From contig OY761556.1 of the NCBI GenBank assembly GCA_963664705.1, positions 672,001 to 736,000 on the forward strand: a stretch of 64,000 nucleotides of DNA, read 5' to 3'. This stretch comes from Acidobacteriota bacterium. Lineage in GTDB: Bacteria; Acidobacteriota; UBA6911. The first letter of the stretch is position 1; each line of letters opens with the position of its first letter. Shown one piece after another: positions 1 to 10,859 of the stretch. A model generated the notes under the pieces. It made no database searches, was not told the DNA's origin, and was given only the letters and a program-made list of their open reading frames with translations. The position numbers were made by a program, and so were the translations under genes.

Positions 1-335
1 CCTGCACTCCAGAGCCGGATCTTTGAGTCTGAGGTCCGAAGCTCCGGCAGAATGTTGGCCCGCAAAAAATCAAAGTGATGCGATTCGCGGAAGAAATTAG
101 TCTTATTCGTGGTCAGAGCATCGATCATGGTCGACAGCTCGTTTCCCGATGAATCTTCCTCGACATACCGAAGATACTGATCGAACCCGGACAGCCCGAG
201 GATCCGCAATCGTTTCATCAGTCGAGACTTGACCAGTACCTCCTTTCCTTTTGGGAAACAGATGCCGCAGCGCTGGTGAATAATGCGACTGATCGTCGCG
301 AACTGAGATGCGCTCAAAACTGCAGAATCATTCAT
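1..335 (-). CDS. cheR: Chemotaxis methyltransferase CheR, 5' part (runs off the window start)
   Basis: Not in the ORF track. Manual minus-strand translation from ATG 335 gives MNDSAVLSASQFATISRIIHQRCGICFPKGKEVLVKSRLMKRLR...LTTNKTNFFRESHHF...IRLWSAG, which has the CheR TTN(K/E)TxFFRE and IWSAG motifs. It lies directly downstream of cheA. An alternative in-frame ATG exists at 362. Confidence 0.92.
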   Translation of the reverse strand, partial: MNDSAVLSASQFATISRIIHQRCGICFPKGKEVLVKSRLMKRLRILGLSGFDQYLRYVEEDSSGNELSTMIDALTTNKTNFFRESHHFDFLRANILPELRTSDSKIRLWSA

Positions 336-348
336 CCCATCTGATATA

Positions 349-375
349 AACTCGGACAACATAAGAAAACCTTTA
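349..375 (-). promoter_or_regulatory. Possible sigma-28 (FliA/SigD)-type promoter upstream of cheR
   Basis: Minus strand TAAA-N15-TCCGAGTT versus consensus TAAA-N15/16-GCCGATAA. The -10 element is degenerate. Confidence 0.4.
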
Positions 376-403
376 CCTTTTCATCCCAAAATTCTCGATC
401 TTC

Positions 404-2665
404 CTAGGCGGCGTTCAGGTCGTTCGATTCCTTTGGCCCGCCGTTGGATGATCCCGTGCGCGCCAGGGATACAAGTTCGGAAACATCCAGGATCAGACCG
501 ACGCGACCATCTCCCAGAATGGCGCCGCCGGCTATTCCCTGGACTTTGGCCATCCCTTCGCCCAGTGATTTGGCCACAACCTGCTGCTGCCCGATCAGTT
601 CGTCCACGAGCAGAGCACAGCGTTTATCTCCTTCACCGACGACGACCAGCAACCCTTCTGTCGGGTTTGTAACCGCACCCTGAATCTCAAACAGTGAATG
701 AAGCCGGTAGACAGGCATCAGTTCGCCGCGCAGCATGACCATTTCGCCTTTGCCTGAAACGGTCCAAAGCGCACTCGGCTCGGGCTTGAAGCTCAGGTGA
801 ATATTGACCGTCGGGATGATGTACCGTTCGCATCCAACCTTCACCAGCATGCCGTCGGTGATCGCCAGCGTCAGCGGCAGCCGGATGAAAAAGGTGCACC
901 CCTGGCCCGCTTCTGAATTGAGATCGATGCGCCCTCGAAGCGATTCGACATTTTTCCGGACTACGTCCATCCCAACGCCGCGCCCGGAAATTTCGGTGAT
1001 CTTGTCGGCGGTGGAGAAGCCCGGCAGAAAAATCAGCTTCAGAGCCTCGCTGTCGGAGAGATTCTTTTCCGAATCCAGCAGTCCCTTGGAAATTGCCTTT
1101 TGTACGATCTTGTCTCTGTCCAGCCCTTTGCCGTCGTCGCGAAGTTCCAGCACTACATTGCCGCCGGCATGATACGCGGCAAGCCGCACGATTCCTGTGG
1201 GAGGCTTGCCTTTGGCTGCTCTCACGTCCGGCGGCTCAATTCCGTGGTCGATGGAATTCCGGACCATATGAACCAGAGGATCTCCCAACACATCCACCAT
1301 GTTACGGTCGATTTCCGTCTCGTCCCCTTCACTGATAAATTCGATGGGTTTGCCGCTTTTGTGAGCGAGGTCGCGCACCAGTCGGGCCACTTTTTGAAAA
1401 ACTCCTTTGAGCGGCACCATGCGCATGGACATTGCCAGATCCTGCAATTCCCGAACGATCTTGCCGGCGTGCGTTATCTTGCGCAGCAGGTCATGATTGC
1501 CCGATTGATGCGCGATCTGATCCTGGGAAAGCATGGATTGTGCGATGACCAGTTCACCAACCATGTCTACCAGTCGGTCCAGACGATCTGTGCGCACCCG
1601 CAGAGTCGTCTCTGCATCGCTCGGTGGGCCTGATCGTCGCTGCACTGTGCGCTGTGCGCCGGCCATCGCGGGTGCTGCTGTTCCTACGGAGACGGAGGCT
1701 GTTGCAACGGCCCCCTGGGGTTTTTCAGATTCCGCCGGTACCGGCAGATCTGTTTCGGTAGCCGTGGTTTCGGGTTCATAGGTTGCCTGCACTTGCGGCA
1801 TCATGTCCGCCGGCCGCATCGAAATCTGGGCGGCCTCCGGGTTTTGCAGGTGCTTCATCAACTCGGCATAACTATCCGGGAGGAATGCGTCTCCTCCCGA
1901 TAACAGGGATTGCACGCCCTGGATAAGTTCCTTGAAGATGTCCGTCGAACGCAACGACAGGTCGGCATAAATGCCTGCGAATCGTATCTCCCGATCCCGC
2001 ACGCGGCTTAACAGGGATTCGGCGAAATGCGCAAATTCCTGAACGTGCAGGAGCCCAAGAAATCCGGACGTCCCCTTGATCGTGTGAAATGTCCGGAAGA
2101 CCGTGTTGACGGAATCCATGTCTTCAGGATTCGTTTCCAGCAGGAGAAGAGCCGCTTCCGCTTTTTCCAGGAGATCCTTGCACTCGGTGACGAATTCGCC
2201 AATCAGATCCACATCAGCGTCCGATGGCAGCGTCAGCCTTATAGGGCAAGCGGAGGGTGCTTCTGCCGCCGGCGCTTCGGATGTGCTGGCGCCCGCAGCG
2301 GCCGGAGCCGGTTTGTCGGCGGTCGCGGCATAGGAATCGTCCTGCAGCTTCCGGGCTGTATCCAGTGCGATTAGCGCATGATTCAGATCCTCACCGGCAT
2401 CCTTCGATGAGCCCTGGATGATCTGCTTCAGCAACCCAAGGGCGCTGCTCAGATGCTCTCGAGACGGGTCTGCCGTGGGCAGCGGCGCGATGAGGGTTTC
2501 CACGCTCTCACTGATCTGGGCTATCTCAGGCTTATTTTCCGGCTCGAGCTGGAGCAGCAATGCAACCGCATCATCAAGCGATGTGCATGGCGCAAACCCT
2601 GCTCCCGGCGGTTCTGCTTTGCCCTGAATAGTGTTGCTACCCAATTTGCTATCGTCACTGGACAT
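404..2665 (-). CDS. cheA: Chemotaxis histidine kinase CheA
   Basis: HPt motif FRTFHTIKG, dimerisation RLDRLVDMVGELV, HATPase HMVRNSIDHG / DDGKG / SGRGVGMDVV, C-terminal CheW domain. Start placed at ATG 2665 behind a GAGGAG RBS (ORF track extends to 2680). Confidence 0.97.
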   Translation of the reverse strand: MSSDDSKLGSNTIQGKAEPPGAGFAPCTSLDDAVALLLQLEPENKPEIAQISESVETLIAPLPTADPSREHLSSALGLLKQIIQGSSKDAGEDLNHALIALDTARKLQDDSYAATADKPAPAAAGASTSEAPAAEAPSACPIRLTLPSDADVDLIGEFVTECKDLLEKAEAALLLLETNPEDMDSVNTVFRTFHTIKGTSGFLGLLHVQEFAHFAESLLSRVRDREIRFAGIYADLSLRSTDIFKELIQGVQSLLSGGDAFLPDSYAELMKHLQNPEAAQISMRPADMMPQVQATYEPETTATETDLPVPAESEKPQGAVATASVSVGTAAPAMAGAQRTVQRRSGPPSDAETTLRVRTDRLDRLVDMVGELVIAQSMLSQDQIAHQSGNHDLLRKITHAGKIVRELQDLAMSMRMVPLKGVFQKVARLVRDLAHKSGKPIEFISEGDETEIDRNMVDVLGDPLVHMVRNSIDHGIEPPDVRAAKGKPPTGIVRLAAYHAGGNVVLELRDDGKGLDRDKIVQKAISKGLLDSEKNLSDSEALKLIFLPGFSTADKITEISGRGVGMDVVRKNVESLRGRIDLNSEAGQGCTFFIRLPLTLAITDGMLVKVGCERYIIPTVNIHLSFKPEPSALWTVSGKGEMVMLRGELMPVYRLHSLFEIQGAVTNPTEGLLVVVGEGDKRCALLVDELIGQQQVVAKSLGEGMAKVQGIAGGAILGDGRVGLILDVSELVSLARTGSSNGGPKESNDLNAA

Positions 2666-2749
2666 TCTATTTCTCCTCATCTCTGGAGTATGCAGGTGTG
2701 ATTGCGCTCTTTCGCTCTCAGCCCACCTTCATGCGAAAATCCTGATTTC

Positions 2750-5700
2750 TTATGAACCGCTATTTTCCTTTGCGGGCCCCAGGCCATTGCCCTGTTCCGC
2801 TCCTGTCTGCAGGAGTTTCCGCACATTGTTGGCCAGGCCCGCCACAGTGAACGGTTTTTGCAGAAAGTTGTCTTTGGCATCCAGCAGTCCATGGTGCACA
2901 ATGGCGCTGTCGGTGTAGCCGGAGATAAAGAGAGCCTTAATTTCAGGCTGAATGCCTCGGATTGCCGAAACCAGTTCGCTGCCGCTGAGTCCCGGCATTA
3001 CAACATCCGTTAATACAAGGTCGATTTTGCCGCCGAATTCCTTCGCCATCTCCAGTGCTTTGGTTCCGCTTTCCGCCTCGATAACATGATAGCCGCGTTC
3101 GCGCAGGATTCTTGCCGCGAGAGTGCGGACATAGGCCTCGTCTTCGGCGATGAGCACGGTCTTTCCGGCGGCATTCGAATCAGCCTGGGCTTTGACGGAT
3201 TCCCCGTTTCCGCTGCGATGCATTTTCACTCTGGGGAAATAGATCTTGAATGTAGTTCCTTGGCCCGGTTCGCTGTAGGTCCAGATATGGCCGCCGCTTT
3301 GTTTGACAATTCCATAAACAGTCGACAAGCCCAGCCCCGTGCCCTTTCCCTGTTTTTTGGTGGTAAAGAATGGTTCGAAGATCCGCGAACGGGTTTCCTC
3401 GTCCATGCCGGTCCCGTTGTCGCTGAAGGCAAGCATGGCATAAAGCCCCGGCTGGATGGAGGGATGCTCCCGGGCATACTCTCTGTCGAGAACGACATTG
3501 TTGGTTTCGATAATAAATTTGCCGCCCCGGGGCATCGCATCACGGGCATTCACCGCGATGTTCATGATGATTTGCTGGATCTGCGCGGGATCTGCGCTGA
3601 CCAGTTCCAGGTTGGGCTGCACAATCATAGTCAGCTCAATGTCTTCACCGATCAGCCGGCGGAGCATCTTGCCCATATCCGTAACAATTTCGTTCAGGTT
3701 CAGTACTTCAGGCTGCAGGACCTGTTTGCGGCTGAACGCAAGAAGCTGGCTCGTGAGGGATGTCGCCCTGTCGGCGGCTTTTTCTATCTGCTCCATGTCG
3801 GCGCGCTTGGGGTCCCCTTCGGGCGTATCCATTACCAGCAGTTCCGAGTAGCCTCGGATCACCGAAAGCAGATTATTGAAATCGTGCGCCACGCCGTCCG
3901 CCAGCACTCCAACGGCTTCCATTTTCATCGCCTGTTGCAGTTGTTGCTGGAGCCTGTTTCTTTCCGAGATATCGCGAAGGTTCAGGACGATTCCCTTGAC
4001 CAATTCATTGGTCAGAAGGTTGGTGCCGACAGCTTCCATAAACACCCAGTTGCCGGCCTTATGCTGATACCTGAACTCAAACCGTCGCGCCACGCCGGGT
4101 TGTTTCAGGATTTCCCAAAATGTTTTCATCACGGATTCGAGATCATCGGGGTGAATCTTCTCGAAACCGCTGGCGCCGAGAAGCTCCTCCGGCCGATAGC
4201 CGGTTATGAGTTCCATCTGACCGTGAATGGCCTGTTGTGCGCCGTTCTGATCTAAAACCGCAATGACATCACTGGAATTTTCCAGGAGCCGTTTGAACCG
4301 TTCCTCGCTGGCACGCAGGGCTTCTTCACTCTGCCGGCGTTCCATGATGTCCTGTAAAACCCAGATGGATCCTTCCTCCGGATCCTGAGGGTTGATGGCG
4401 CGACCGGAAATTGTGCCCCAGAACGTGGACCCATCTTTTCGACTGAAGCATCGGTCCGCTTTGTAAACTTCCCCTTTTGCCAGCCGGGGAAAAGCCAGTG
4501 CGTTGATATCCTTGTATGCTTCCAGGAATATGGCATTGTCCTTGGGATCCGTATAGCCAAACATCTGTGCAAAGGCGGGATTGATCCATTGCACACTCCG
4601 TTTTTTGATATAGATGATCCCGAGGCTTACGGTGTTGAGAATTGTCTTCTGTTCATTAGCGAGCTGCTGGATCTGGTACGTGGCGGATTTTCGGTCTGTG
4701 ATATCCATGTGGATTCCCACGACCTTTTGCGGATTGCCGGCGCTGTCCCGTTCCACGATTTTTCCACGGCTCATAGTCCAAACCCAATGGCCGGCTTTAT
4801 GGCGGACCCGCCCCTCAAAATCATAGAACGGAGTTTCCCCCTTGCTGTGATTTTCAAAGCTGGCTTGTATCCGCGGCAGATCAGCCGGATGGATGAGTTC
4901 ATTCCACTTATCAATGTGGGGCTCAATTTCATCCGGCTCATATCCAAGCATCTGAACCCACCTGGGATCGATCTCCATGTGACCGCTCGGAACGTCCCAG
5001 TGCTGCGTTGCCATTCCGGTTCCTTCGAGCACGAGGGCGAGTCTTTCGCTTATCTCGGAAGCCGCCTTTTCCGCGCGTTTCAGTTCCGTAATATCGACGC
5101 AGGCGGTTTGAATGGCTGGTCTGCCATGATAATTGATCCGGCATGCGGAGGCCTGCGTCCAAAAGGTTGTCGCATCTTTTCGGACTCCGCGAATCTCAAA
5201 TTTCGATTGAACAGGTCGATCCGCAAGAATATCCCGATAGTGCCTGGTAATATGAGGGCGGTCGTCCGTGTGCACGAGCTTCGGCAATTCCAAACGGTCG
5301 AAGGAAAGCAATTCTTCAACGGAATACCCGGTCATCTCTGCAAAGGCACTGTTGCAGAATACAATCCGCCCGGCCTGGCTGATCGTTATTCCCTGGAGCG
5401 AGTTCTCGACCAGCGCGCGGTATTGTTCCTCCGATTGCCGCAAGGAAAGGGTTTCCTTCTCCCTGGAAGTTATGTCCGTAAAAATACAGGCGAGGCAGAG
5501 CTGATCTTCGATGTTAATTGCATTTGCCGCGAGAAGGACCGTTCGAGAACCCGATGACTTCGTTTTGATGCCGATCTCAAAGTCCGTGACTCGGCCGGTG
5601 TACTGGAACCTCTGGATCAGTTCCCGCCGTCGATTGGGGTCACTGTACAACATTACGGATTGGCAGCCCAATAGCTCGCTGCGTTCATATTCGAACAGTT

Positions 5701-5884
5701 GAGCCGAAGAATGGTTCAGATCAACGATGATGCCCTGGTCGGCGGTGGTGATCATCATCGGGCTCGAGGAAGCGTGAAAGAGCTTGAACCATCGGCTTTC
5801 ACTCTCCGCCAAACTGCTGTTCAGTCTGTCCACTTCCGAATCCAGTTCGATCATTTTGCGACGCAACTGGTCTGACCGGCTCAT
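2750..5884 (-). CDS. Cytoplasmic multi-PAS hybrid sensor histidine kinase / response regulator (CckA-like architecture)
   Basis: About five PAS/PAC repeats, H-box [10 protein letters not shown]-box NARDAM, G-boxes DNGTGM and GTGLGL, C-terminal receiver (AEDE...LTDVVMP...KPF). Start at ATG 5884 after GAGGGAG (ORF track extends to 5956). Confidence 0.93.
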   Translation of the reverse strand: MSRSDQLRRKMIELDSEVDRLNSSLAESESRWFKLFHASSSPMMITTADQGIIVDLNHSSAQLFEYERSELLGCQSVMLYSDPNRRRELIQRFQYTGRVTDFEIGIKTKSSGSRTVLLAANAINIEDQLCLACIFTDITSREKETLSLRQSEEQYRALVENSLQGITISQAGRIVFCNSAFAEMTGYSVEELLSFDRLELPKLVHTDDRPHITRHYRDILADRPVQSKFEIRGVRKDATTFWTQASACRINYHGRPAIQTACVDITELKRAEKAASEISERLALVLEGTGMATQHWDVPSGHMEIDPRWVQMLGYEPDEIEPHIDKWNELIHPADLPRIQASFENHSKGETPFYDFEGRVRHKAGHWVWTMSRGKIVERDSAGNPQKVVGIHMDITDRKSATYQIQQLANEQKTILNTVSLGIIYIKKRSVQWINPAFAQMFGYTDPKDNAIFLEAYKDINALAFPRLAKGEVYKADRCFSRKDGSTFWGTISGRAINPQDPEEGSIWVLQDIMERRQSEEALRASEERFKRLLENSSDVIAVLDQNGAQQAIHGQMELITGYRPEELLGASGFEKIHPDDLESVMKTFWEILKQPGVARRFEFRYQHKAGNWVFMEAVGTNLLTNELVKGIVLNLRDISERNRLQQQLQQAMKMEAVGVLADGVAHDFNNLLSVIRGYSELLVMDTPEGDPKRADMEQIEKAADRATSLTSQLLAFSRKQVLQPEVLNLNEIVTDMGKMLRRLIGEDIELTMIVQPNLELVSADPAQIQQIIMNIAVNARDAMPRGGKFIIETNNVVLDREYAREHPSIQPGLYAMLAFSDNGTGMDEETRSRIFEPFFTTKKQGKGTGLGLSTVYGIVKQSGGHIWTYSEPGQGTTFKIYFPRVKMHRSGNGESVKAQADSNAAGKTVLIAEDEAYVRTLAARILRERGYHVIEAESGTKALEMAKEFGGKIDLVLTDVVMPGLSGSELVSAIRGIQPEIKALFISGYTDSAIVHHGLLDAKDNFLQKPFTVAGLANNVRKLLQTGAEQGNGLGPAKENSGS

Positions 5885-5984
5885 TCTAAATCTCCCTCGC
5901 CATGAAAGACCGGCAGCTTTCTGCCGCTCTTTTGTGCAGGCAATGCCCGTGAACAACTAAGGTTTTGTTTCCCTGCCGGGGAAA

Positions 5985-6035
5985 TCCCGGCGGGTCGAAA
6001 GCTTGGTTGCCTTCGACCCGTTCCCCGGAGGATTT
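5985..6035. terminator. GC-rich hairpin between the MCP and kinase genes
   Basis: Inverted repeat CGGGTCGAA...TTCGACCCG with outer AAATCC/GGATTT pairing just after the MCP stop. No clear U-tract. Confidence 0.4.
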
Positions 6036-6036
6036 C

Positions 6037-8298
6037 TTAAAAATCCTTCAGAATCGCCTGATCATCATTGTCGAATGGAATCAGTCTGGCAGGATCGATA
6101 TGGCCCTGAAGCCCGCCGTTTGGCCGCGAAGCGACTACGGACTTCTCCGGAGCCTTTCTCGGTTTGGGAGCCATGGCGGCCGCCTGTCTGCGAGCGTGAT
6201 GAACAGTTCGAACTGCCGCATTTGAATTGTTGGTCAAATTGAAAGCGCCAACCAATCCCTTCATCTCTTCAGCCTGCCCCGACAGTTCCTCCGCGGCACT
6301 TGCCGATTCTTCCGCGTTGGCGGCAACCTGTTGCGTCACCTGGTTCATCTGTTCCACTGCGCTGTTGACCTGTTCAACGCCCTGGCTTTGCTGATCGGAT
6401 GCGGCAGCAATTTCAGCCATCACGGCGCTGACCTTGTTTACCTGTCCGTTGATCTCGGTCAGGTTTTTCAGAACTTCCTGGTTGATTGAGACGCCGCCCT
6501 CGGCATTCTTGACCGATTCCTCGATCATGTTGGCGGTGTTCTTTGCGGCATCAGCACTGCGCATCGCAAGATTGCGGACTTCCTCGGCAACGACGGCAAA
6601 CCCCTTGCCTGCATCTCCGGCGCGGGCCGCCTCAACGGCTGCGTTGAGGGCAAGCAGATTGGTCTGGAACGCAATCTCGTCAATTGTCTTGACGATTTTT
6701 GCCGTGGAATCGGACGATGTTTTGATGCGGTCAATCGCTTCCGAAAGCCGCTTCATGCTTTCGACTCCGCGGTCTGCTGTCGTTAGCGCGCCTTCCGAGA
6801 GGCTTCTGGCTTCCTTGGCATTCTCCGCATTTCGCTTGGTCATCGAAGCCATTTCCTGGAGACTGCTCGAAACCTCTTCCAGAGAACTGGCCTGCTCCGA
6901 AGAGCCCTGCGACAGCGTCTGGCTTCCGGAGGAAATCTGGCCGGATGCGGAAGCCACCTGTTCGGCTGCAATGGCAACCTGGCTGAGCGCCTCATCGAGG
7001 TTGGTTATCAGGGTATTGATGTTATTCTTCATCTTTTCAAAGGCACCCTGATATTCGCGTTTTGCACGAGCCGTCAGGTCTTTGTTGGCCGCGGCTAGAA
7101 GCGCCGCGCCGCCGTCTTCCTCGATAAGAGACCGCAGCGTTTCGATGCAAAGGTTCAAACTGTTCTTGATGTTGTTAAAATCACCATTGTAGTGATCGTT
7201 GATCTTCGGCGGGATGTCGCCTTTGCTGATGCGATCGATGTAAGTGGAGGCCATCTGCAGCGGCCCGACGACGGCATCGAGTGTCGAATTGAAGCCTGAT
7301 ACCATCTGGCGGTAGCCGCCTTCAAATTGCTCCGCTTTGCCTCGGTTGGCAAGTTTGCCGGCCCGGGCACTCATGATCATGCTGTTGATCTCGTCGGTCA
7401 CCTTTTGAAGGTTCGCCGAGGCAGACTGGAACGAAGCGATGGTGGATTGAGTCTGTGTGATAATCCCGTTCACGCTACGGGCCAGATCTCCAACCTCGTC
7501 TTTGCTCTCTATCTTCAGCGGTTCAGTGTCCGAGATAATCTTGACATCGAGATTGCCGTGAGCCATCGCTTCACTGGCTTTGCCGAGATTTGTAATGCAG
7601 ACGGTCTGCAGTCTTTCGGCCCGCTCTGCCACCTGTTTGATCGGGTTGGCAATAAGTCTTGAAAGCCATAGGCCAATACCGATTGCCATTGCCATGCCGA
7701 GCGCAATAATTACCAGGCTCAACTGCGTTCCTCGGCTCGCGGTAGCTGAATTTTTCTCTGATGACGCCTTGGCCTGATCGGTTTTCTGCTGGACCAGCTT
7801 GTCGACTGCATTCGCTCCCATTTTTGCCGTTTCCAGGAACGGTCCCTTCAGATAGGTAATGGCATCCATGCGTCTGCTGTCTTCAAGCAGCTTTACGAAT
7901 TCATCATAATTGACGGAGTATTTTTTTATGCTGGTGCTCAGATCCCCGGCAGCCGCCTTCTCCTCGTTTGTGGTGATTGAGCTCTCGTAATTTTTCAGAA
8001 GACCGGAAAGCTCGCTCAGCAGAGTTCGTACTGCGGCAGTCTGGGCGTCTCTCTCTTCCTTGGTCTCCGCAAGGAAGGCATCGCGAGTGGCAACGCGCAG
8101 CTGTTGATACTTCTTCGACGCCTGTGCCGCGGTGCCGAGAGGAACAACATTCTTCTCGTACATCGCTGTGTCCGCCGCATCAATAATGTGCATTTGGGAA
8201 ATGCCGACATATCCGACAACTCCGGCAACGAGGGCCAATAGAATCGAGAAGCTAATCAGTTTCGAGGCGATTTTCAAATTGTAAAACCACTTCATCAT
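6037..8298 (-). CDS. Methyl-accepting chemotaxis protein (4HB sensor, HAMP domains, signalling domain)
   Basis: Two TM helices flanking a four-helix-bundle-like periplasmic region, and the hairpin tip [34 protein letters not shown]. Confidence 0.97.
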   Translation of the reverse strand: MMKWFYNLKIASKLISFSILLALVAGVVGYVGISQMHIIDAADTAMYEKNVVPLGTAAQASKKYQQLRVATRDAFLAETKEERDAQTAAVRTLLSELSGLLKNYESSITTNEEKAAAGDLSTSIKKYSVNYDEFVKLLEDSRRMDAITYLKGPFLETAKMGANAVDKLVQQKTDQAKASSEKNSATASRGTQLSLVIIALGMAMAIGIGLWLSRLIANPIKQVAERAERLQTVCITNLGKASEAMAHGNLDVKIISDTEPLKIESKDEVGDLARSVNGIITQTQSTIASFQSASANLQKVTDEINSMIMSARAGKLANRGKAEQFEGGYRQMVSGFNSTLDAVVGPLQMASTYIDRISKGDIPPKINDHYNGDFNNIKNSLNLCIETLRSLIEEDGGAALLAAANKDLTARAKREYQGAFEKMKNNINTLITNLDEALSQVAIAAEQVASASGQISSGSQTLSQGSSEQASSLEEVSSSLQEMASMTKRNAENAKEARSLSEGALTTADRGVESMKRLSEAIDRIKTSSDSTAKIVKTIDEIAFQTNLLALNAAVEAARAGDAGKGFAVVAEEVRNLAMRSADAAKNTANMIEESVKNAEGGVSINQEVLKNLTEINGQVNKVSAVMAEIAAASDQQSQGVEQVNSAVEQMNQVTQQVAANAEESASAAEELSGQAEEMKGLVGAFNLTNNSNAAVRTVHHARRQAAAMAPKPRKAPEKSVVASRPNGGLQGHIDPARLIPFDNDDQAILKDF

Positions 8299-8324
8299 GA
8301 TCTCCTTTGAGGCCGGTTCTGGTG

Positions 8325-8864
8325 CTAATTAACGTTTTCTGTTTCCGCGGTAGGGAGCGCATTGACTTCCTGAGTTGACAGGACCCGGTCGATATCTAGC
8401 AGGATTTTTACTTTGCCCTGTGATTTGCCGATTCCCAGGATGTAATCCGTGCTGACATCGGCGCCGAACGAAGGAGGGTCTTCGATGTCGTTGCCGGCAA
8501 TGTTCAGAACTTCCGAAACCCTGTCTACCACTATTCCAATTTCTATTCCCTGCACATGGACTACGATGATGCAGGTTTCCGACGTCTGATCCTGGGCGGG
8601 CATGTCGAATTTCAGTCGAAGGTCGACAATGGGGATGACTTTCCCGCGCAGATTAATGACTCCACGAATAAATACGGGAGTTCGAGGAACGCTCGTTATG
8701 GCCATCATCCCGATGATTTCGTGCACTTTTAGGATGGCAATTCCATATTCCTCTCCAGCCAGAAAAAAGGTGAGGAATTTACCCCCCAGATTTGCGGTGT
8801 TGCTTGCGATTGCTGAGTTTTTCCGGGTTGCCGCTGATTCGGACTCAGCCAATACTGTTGACAT
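8325..8864 (-). CDS. cheW: Chemotaxis coupling protein CheW
   Basis: [13 protein letters not shown]...[16 protein letters not shown]...[11 protein letters not shown] CheW signature. Confidence 0.96.
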   Translation of the reverse strand: MSTVLAESESAATRKNSAIASNTANLGGKFLTFFLAGEEYGIAILKVHEIIGMMAITSVPRTPVFIRGVINLRGKVIPIVDLRLKFDMPAQDQTSETCIIVVHVQGIEIGIVVDRVSEVLNIAGNDIEDPPSFGADVSTDYILGIGKSQGKVKILLDIDRVLSTQEVNALPTAETENVN

Positions 8865-8922
8865 AATGGACTCCTCGACCTATTCGTTGCCCACTGACTG
8901 CGGACAATTGTCCAGTGGAGTG

Positions 8923-8970
8923 AAAAAAAAGGCGCAGCACGCACACCCGAGGATGTGCTTGCTGCGCCTT
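8923..8970 (-). terminator. Intrinsic terminator in the 5' leader of cheW
   Basis: Minus strand AAGGCGCAGCA-A-GCACA-loop-TGTGC-G-TGCTGCGCC followed by 8 T. Confidence 0.85.
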
Positions 8971-9066
8971 CAACTTGCAGACCTGATGCCTACCCGTTAA
9001 GACGCATGTTTTCACGTCATGGGAATCTTGCAGCCTAGCCACTGCATCCCCATGCCTGCGATAGTA

Positions 9067-9094
9067 TTATCGGTGTGGGATTTAAGCTGCTTTA
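9067..9094 (-). promoter_or_regulatory. Sigma-28 (FliA/SigD)-type promoter for the chemotaxis operon
   Basis: Minus strand TAAA-N16-ACCGATAA, one mismatch from GCCGATAA, upstream of cheW-mcp-cheA. Confidence 0.65.
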
Positions 9095-9155
9095 ATGGAA
9101 AAGGAACCGGGAGTGCCTAATTTCGTAAAGGTCCGCCGACACAAATCGAAAAACC

Positions 9156-10733
9156 TCAGGGAACAAGCACTTTCAGAATATGATTGCCGGGATCCAGTTC
9201 GACCGCGGTTGGCTTCGCAGTGAAGGGCAGCCGGAAGACGTGGGCAGCTTGATGAACGCGAAAACGATGAGTTTCGCTGCGGTTTCCTGCGGCGACCCTG
9301 ATTTCCACCGGCATGTCAAAGAGTCCTCGAAGCTGAGTCTGTTGTACGAATACATCCAGATTTCCGGCAGACTGATCCCATTGCCATGAAATGCGGTATT
9401 CCGGTAGTCCGGGTTCATAGAGCCACTGCTGGAAAAAGTGTTTCAAGTCCAGGCCCCCGGCCAGTTCCATGGCTTTCTGAAAATCCGCCGTTGATATGTT
9501 TCCCCCGGCATATTGGACATAAAATTGATGCAACCCGGCGAAAAAGGCTTTGTCTCCAAGCATGCCTCTCAGCATGTGCAGAACCCAGGCGCCTTTTTCA
9601 TAGGTGAGCGGGCTCAACTTCTTCATGAGGTCGGTCTGCAGAGGATCAATGATGGGTCTATCCATCGATTGCCTGTAGGAAAGGATCCTGGTCGTGTGCC
9701 GCTCCATGGCCCGGGTCATCGCCTCCGGGCCGTTCACGTGTTCGTAAAACAGGGCTTCCAGATAGGTGGCGAACCCCTCGCTCAACCAGAGTTGATCCCA
9801 GTCGGATTCTGTAATTGAGTCTCCGAACCACTGGTGTGCGAGTTCATGCGCCACCGGCTCCTCCGAAAGCGAACCAAAAAGGTCCTCTCCATAAAAAATG
9901 GTATTGGAGTTTTCCATGGCCCCCAGCCGGATTGTCGATTCCACCTGCGCAAGTTTATCGTAAGGGTACGGGCCCAGTAGTTTTTCAAAGTAGGAAATCA
10001 TCTGGTCGGTTCTGCGAAACTTCACGGAAGCGGCCTGCGAATCCTGCGGGTATACATACCAGGTTAGGGGCAGTGTGTCCTTTGTGGAGCGCAGGAGGGA
10101 AAACTCGCCGATCCCCACCACCATGCAATAGGTGGGGATGGACTTTGTTTCCGCCCATTGTGTCATTTTGCGATTGCTGGGAAGTAAAGCCGTCTTCTTC
10201 AGAAGCCCGTTGGCAATGACTTCGTATTTATCCGGTGCTGTCACGGTGAAAGACACGGATGCCTTGTCGGATGGGTGGTCAATCGATGGAAACCAGTGGT
10301 GCGCTTTGTCCGGCCAGTTTTCTGCAAATACGACTCTTCGGCCATATTTGTTTTTTCCGAACAAAAGCCCGTCGCCGGGTTTCCCACGATACCGCACCTC
10401 TATGTCCACCATATCGTTGCGGATGTACGCGTGGTCGAATTCGAAGGAAAGACGGCCCTCATTGCATTTGAATGATCGGGTCATGCCTCCAACCAGCACC
10501 TTGCTGACCGACATATCTGCCAAATCCAGCCACATGCCGGTGGCAGATTCGCCTCGAATCAGAGCCTGAATTTTGGCGATTCCGGCAATGGCATTCGATG
10601 AATCGCTCAGCTGGATGGAAATGTCGTAGTGAATAACGTCGACCGAAGGCTGCCGGACGTAGGTGTCCGCAAATGTCGAAAGACTGGAAAGTGCTGAAAT
10701 CAATAGAATTATGAGGGCGTATCTTTTTCCCAT
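9156..10733 (-). CDS. Secreted M1-family zinc aminopeptidase
   Basis: Signal peptide, GAMEN exopeptidase motif, HELAH-x18-E zinc motif (WLSEGFATY), YEKGAWVLHMLR. Confidence 0.95.
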   Translation of the reverse strand: MGKRYALIILLISALSSLSTFADTYVRQPSVDVIHYDISIQLSDSSNAIAGIAKIQALIRGESATGMWLDLADMSVSKVLVGGMTRSFKCNEGRLSFEFDHAYIRNDMVDIEVRYRGKPGDGLLFGKNKYGRRVVFAENWPDKAHHWFPSIDHPSDKASVSFTVTAPDKYEVIANGLLKKTALLPSNRKMTQWAETKSIPTYCMVVGIGEFSLLRSTKDTLPLTWYVYPQDSQAASVKFRRTDQMISYFEKLLGPYPYDKLAQVESTIRLGAMENSNTIFYGEDLFGSLSEEPVAHELAHQWFGDSITESDWDQLWLSEGFATYLEALFYEHVNGPEAMTRAMERHTTRILSYRQSMDRPIIDPLQTDLMKKLSPLTYEKGAWVLHMLRGMLGDKAFFAGLHQFYVQYAGGNISTADFQKAMELAGGLDLKHFFQQWLYEPGLPEYRISWQWDQSAGNLDVFVQQTQLRGLFDMPVEIRVAAGNRSETHRFRVHQAAHVFRLPFTAKPTAVELDPGNHILKVLVP

Positions 10734-10859
10734 ACTCTCCTGCTATATAATGACCAGCTTCGTATCGGCATTGCCCGCTTGAATCTTTGGAAATACTCCC
10801 TTATTCCTTTGAGTCTTCGGATCTTTAAGGTTAAATACAAACATCGGTGGAGCACAAGG

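Noticed and set aside
3086-5557. Long plus-strand ORFs (389 aa and 322 aa) opposite the hybrid kinase
   Set aside because: Antisense shadows of a well-supported gene with no recognisable motifs. The same applies to the antisense ORFs at 15318-16262, 24532-25356, 42968-44062, 46133-46924 and 49519-50472.
8865-9060. Firm call of a c-di-GMP-I riboswitch
   Set aside because: The GAAA tetraloop/receptor and a clear P1 could not be identified, so it is kept only as a candidate.
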